From the IMG/VR virus record IMGVR_UViG_3300035447_000008: a stretch of 28,069 bases of DNA; one strand, written 5' to 3'. Each line of letters begins with the position of its first letter. The first letter of the stretch is position 1. The notes under the pieces were generated by a model that was given only the letters and a program-made list of their open reading frames with translations, had not been told where the DNA came from and did no database searches. The DNA is from an uncultured virus (IMG/VR IMGVR_UViG_3300035447_000008) (Duplodnaviria; Heunggongvirae; Uroviricota; Caudoviricetes). The position numbers were made by a program, and so were the translations under genes. This document shows positions 25,604-28,069 of the stretch, piece by piece.

Positions 25604-26855
25604 ACAGATTAGAGAGCCTAACAACATCAATAAAAGGCGTATGTTCATTTACACGGGTCACGTTAATCGAATACATACGACCTGTCTCATTACGAGCAAT
25701 CAGCATATTCCGAAGAATCTCACGAGCCTTAAGCTTCTTGTACTTCTTACCCTCCTCAATCTCCTTTTTAACAAGCTCGTTGTATTCATCTGCTTTAGCA
25801 ACATAGAACTTTTCGTGGATGATTGGTGACTCAATCAAGTCAAACAGATACCAATCTTCATCCTTAATCACAGCTTGTAGAAAAGCATCATTGTAAGCAA
25901 AACTGTAATCCATCTTATCCAGACGAGTTTCAATATCCACCCGCTGAGTTTTCCACATCAAAATGCTCTCAACCTCGGGGTCAATGCACTTGAATGTTGC
26001 AGTGGCATTACCGCCCCTAGTGATCTGCGTGAACATCTTCACTGCTTTATCCAAGCAAGAGTAAATGCTGTGCTTACCAAGGTGGTCTACAGCTCCGCCT
26101 TTTACCGGAGCACCTTTACTCCGAGTATCAAACTCAATACCAATACCGGCTTTCTTTGCTGTCATCTTATAAGCAATGTGTTCAGCAACACCAATGCTAT
26201 CTACGCTATCCCCTCCCGTGATTATACAGCAACTAATCGTATCAAAGTCCCCTGTACGGATGCCATTCAGAGCAGGAGTCGGAAGATTCACCTTACCTTG
26301 AATGACAGCTTTAATCAAGTTGTATGCGTGTTCACTATCCCCATGAAGACCAAGGCCAATGCCCATCGCACCAATATGAGGAGTTTCAACCGGCAGACCT
26401 TTTTTCTTTACAGCATACTTATCGCCCCACTGAACAATTTGCCAGTATTCAAGCTTAGTTGGATAAATCTCCTCATACCAACTTTCCCATACCGGGTTGT
26501 ATTCAGGCATAGTCTTTTCATCCCAAACACCACCACGAATCATTGCTTCAAAGATTTCTTTAAAACTGCCCCGATCAGATACACCAAGAACACGCTCCAT
26601 GTTCTTACGCAGGCTTGCTTGTTCAAGACGTGCCGCAATGCGGGAGTAGTTAATATCTTCCTTGTCCAAACAAACATTAATCATCATCTGGTGAATATCA
26701 GAGGACTTTGCTGTCTCAGGGAGACGCTTATACGTCTCCATTGCAATCTCAGACCAGTTACCGCCTGTCTTAGTGGCATATTGTGCCCACTTATTAATCT
26801 TCTCTGCGCTAAACTCTTCTACAACACCGTTGTTCTTAATTACATTCTTAAGCAA
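25604..26855 (-). CDS. nrdA: nrdA-a exon 1 (ribonucleotide reductase alpha, N-terminal)
   Basis: ATP-cone-like start VIKNNG..EEF...KI, then LPTPAL, SCC, AGIG, TRGGNAT, RNETGRMY. Ends at SNL plus the T of the Cys codon. Confidence 0.92.
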
Positions 26856-26881
26856 TTTCCTCTCCTCAAAATTCTTTTCGA

Positions 26882-27229
26882 TCAGTCATCTTCCCAAGAG
26901 CTAATCGCTCCACGGGGGTTGAGCATCTGCAATGCTACACGTTTGGAAACGTCTTTACAAGCGCCAATGTGTGCGTCTAGTGAGGCAGCGCCCGATGCTA
27001 ACCACTCTGGTGTAGTCAATTCAAAACCCTCGTAACGAACACATGTTACCACTTCTCCTCGGAGATTACGATGGGCACAGAACACTTCATCTACACCTTG
27101 TGTTGTGTCCATCCCGTTAGCTTGAAGAATCTTTGCAATCTTTTCTTTATCACCACTTCCGTAAGCTTCCTGAAAACCCTCTACAAGAAGCAAATCACTA
27201 ACACTCAAACTATAAGGAACACCACTCAT
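26882..27229 (-). CDS. Hypothetical protein
   Basis: 115 aa, ATGA overlap with the upstream gene, co-oriented with the operon. Confidence 0.6.
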   Translation of the reverse strand: MSGVPYSLSVSDLLLVEGFQEAYGSGDKEKIAKILQANGMDTTQGVDEVFCAHRNLRGEVVTCVRYEGFELTTPEWLASGAASLDAHIGACKDVSKRVALQMLNPRGAISSWEDD

Positions 27230-27423
27230 TTCTTATCTCCCCAAAATTTATCAACTGCTTGGCGAGGAGTCAATGCAGCCTCATAAAACCAAATGAACTC
27301 ACTAAGATTCTCTTGTACACGTAGACGGGAATCTTTCTTTGGAATTCCTTCTACGTGCTTTACAAGAGTAACCACTTCTTCAATCCACCATTCAATCGGA
27401 AGCTCTTCGTTTTGAACAAACAT
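27226..27423 (-). CDS. Hypothetical protein
   Basis: 65 aa, AAGGAG RBS, packed directly after thyX. Confidence 0.6.
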   Translation of the reverse strand: MFVQNEELPIEWWIEEVVTLVKHVEGIPKKDSRLRVQENLSEFIWFYEAALTPRQAVDKFWGDKK

Positions 27424-27426
27424 AAA

Positions 27427-28068
27427 TTACTCCTTCCAAACATTTTCAAGAAAGGGGAAATGCTTTAACACTTCAACTTTACACTTCTTAGCCAAATCCT
27501 CATGCTCTCGTTGTGTTCCGTTCCCATCGCGTAGCTCACAATAGTGCAACCAAGAGCGAACAGTACCGTTTACATAAAGCTTACTCATCGTAAGACCTTC
27601 AGGAAGAATTACACGAGCAACTTCTTTAGCAACCCCTTTTTCAAGAGCCTCTTTATAAAGCCACAGGATGTGGTCTACTAGATTCTCTTGTTTTGTCTCC
27701 CACCAAAGATTTGTACCAATGTCTTCACTATCCACGCTATTCTGCCGATTCTTGTGATCCTGTAGACGACATTCACGGGTGATGAAATCTGTACTCTCTG
27801 CATATCGTTGACTGAACTCTTGGAACGTAAAGCTGCGGTGACGCAGTAGTTGTCGTGCGATGTCTCGTGGAGATTCTACCTCCATCGTAATATTAGCAGT
27901 TTCAAAGACCGAGTAGTGTTTATGCTCTACGCAATACTTCAAAAGCTTGGCTGCTGTATCAAAGTTTCCTTGGTTCTGAGGACTGCTCACCCGTGCTGCA
28001 TAAGACAGAATGCCTTCGCTATCTGGAATAAAATCCAGAACTGGTTGGGTGACACCAACAACACGCAC
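27427..28068 (-). CDS. thyX: Flavin-dependent thymidylate synthase (5' end probably outside window)
   Basis: HYSVFE, RQLLRHRSFTFQEFSQRY, AKEVARVILP and GTVRSWLHY..LR...TQREH motifs. Confidence 0.93.
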   Translation of the reverse strand: MRVVGVTQPVLDFIPDSEGILSYAARVSSPQNQGNFDTAAKLLKYCVEHKHYSVFETANITMEVESPRDIARQLLRHRSFTFQEFSQRYAESTDFITRECRLQDHKNRQNSVDSEDIGTNLWWETKQENLVDHILWLYKEALEKGVAKEVARVILPEGLTMSKLYVNGTVRSWLHYCELRDGNGTQREHEDLAKKCKVEVLKHFPFLENVWKE

Positions 28069-28069
28069 T

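Noticed and set aside
26070..27035. 321-aa + strand ORF
   Set aside because: Antisense shadow of nrdA exon 1 and its neighbour. No recognisable motifs, and the opposite strand has clear NrdA motifs.
1..28069. CRISPR arrays, tRNAs, integrase/IS elements, diversity-generating retroelement
   Set aside because: No regularly spaced repeats, cloverleaf, transposase, recombinase or reverse-transcriptase motifs were seen. Intergenic space is minimal.

Overview
This is a lytic myovirus genome segment with a gene order like PAK_P1/Pseudomonas-type phages (lineage inferred, not verified). The + strand (1-20858) is the late operon. It runs from the end of the major capsid through a small head-fiber gene, neck/tail-completion genes, sheath, three tube-like paralogs, tail chaperones joined by a -1 frameshift, tape measure, baseplate, tail fiber, beta-helix tailspike and the lysis cassette. 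The - strand (20961-28069) carries nucleotide-metabolism genes: thyX, nrdA, nrdB, RNA ligase 2, glutaredoxin and an HNH. The most unusual locus is nrdA. An ORF-less group I intron interrupts its catalytic Cys codon (SNLC|QEI). About 200 nt further on, the gene is split into two separate polypeptides around a MobE-like endonuclease remnant, and the split ends carry tails resembling degenerate, non-splicing split-intein (Hint) halves. Two other homing-endonuclease-like genes appear to have captured the terminus of an essential host gene (baseplate N-terminus, endolysin C-terminus) and left a recoded replacement. A SAR-type lysozyme is inactivated by a nonsense codon next to an intact GH19 endolysin.
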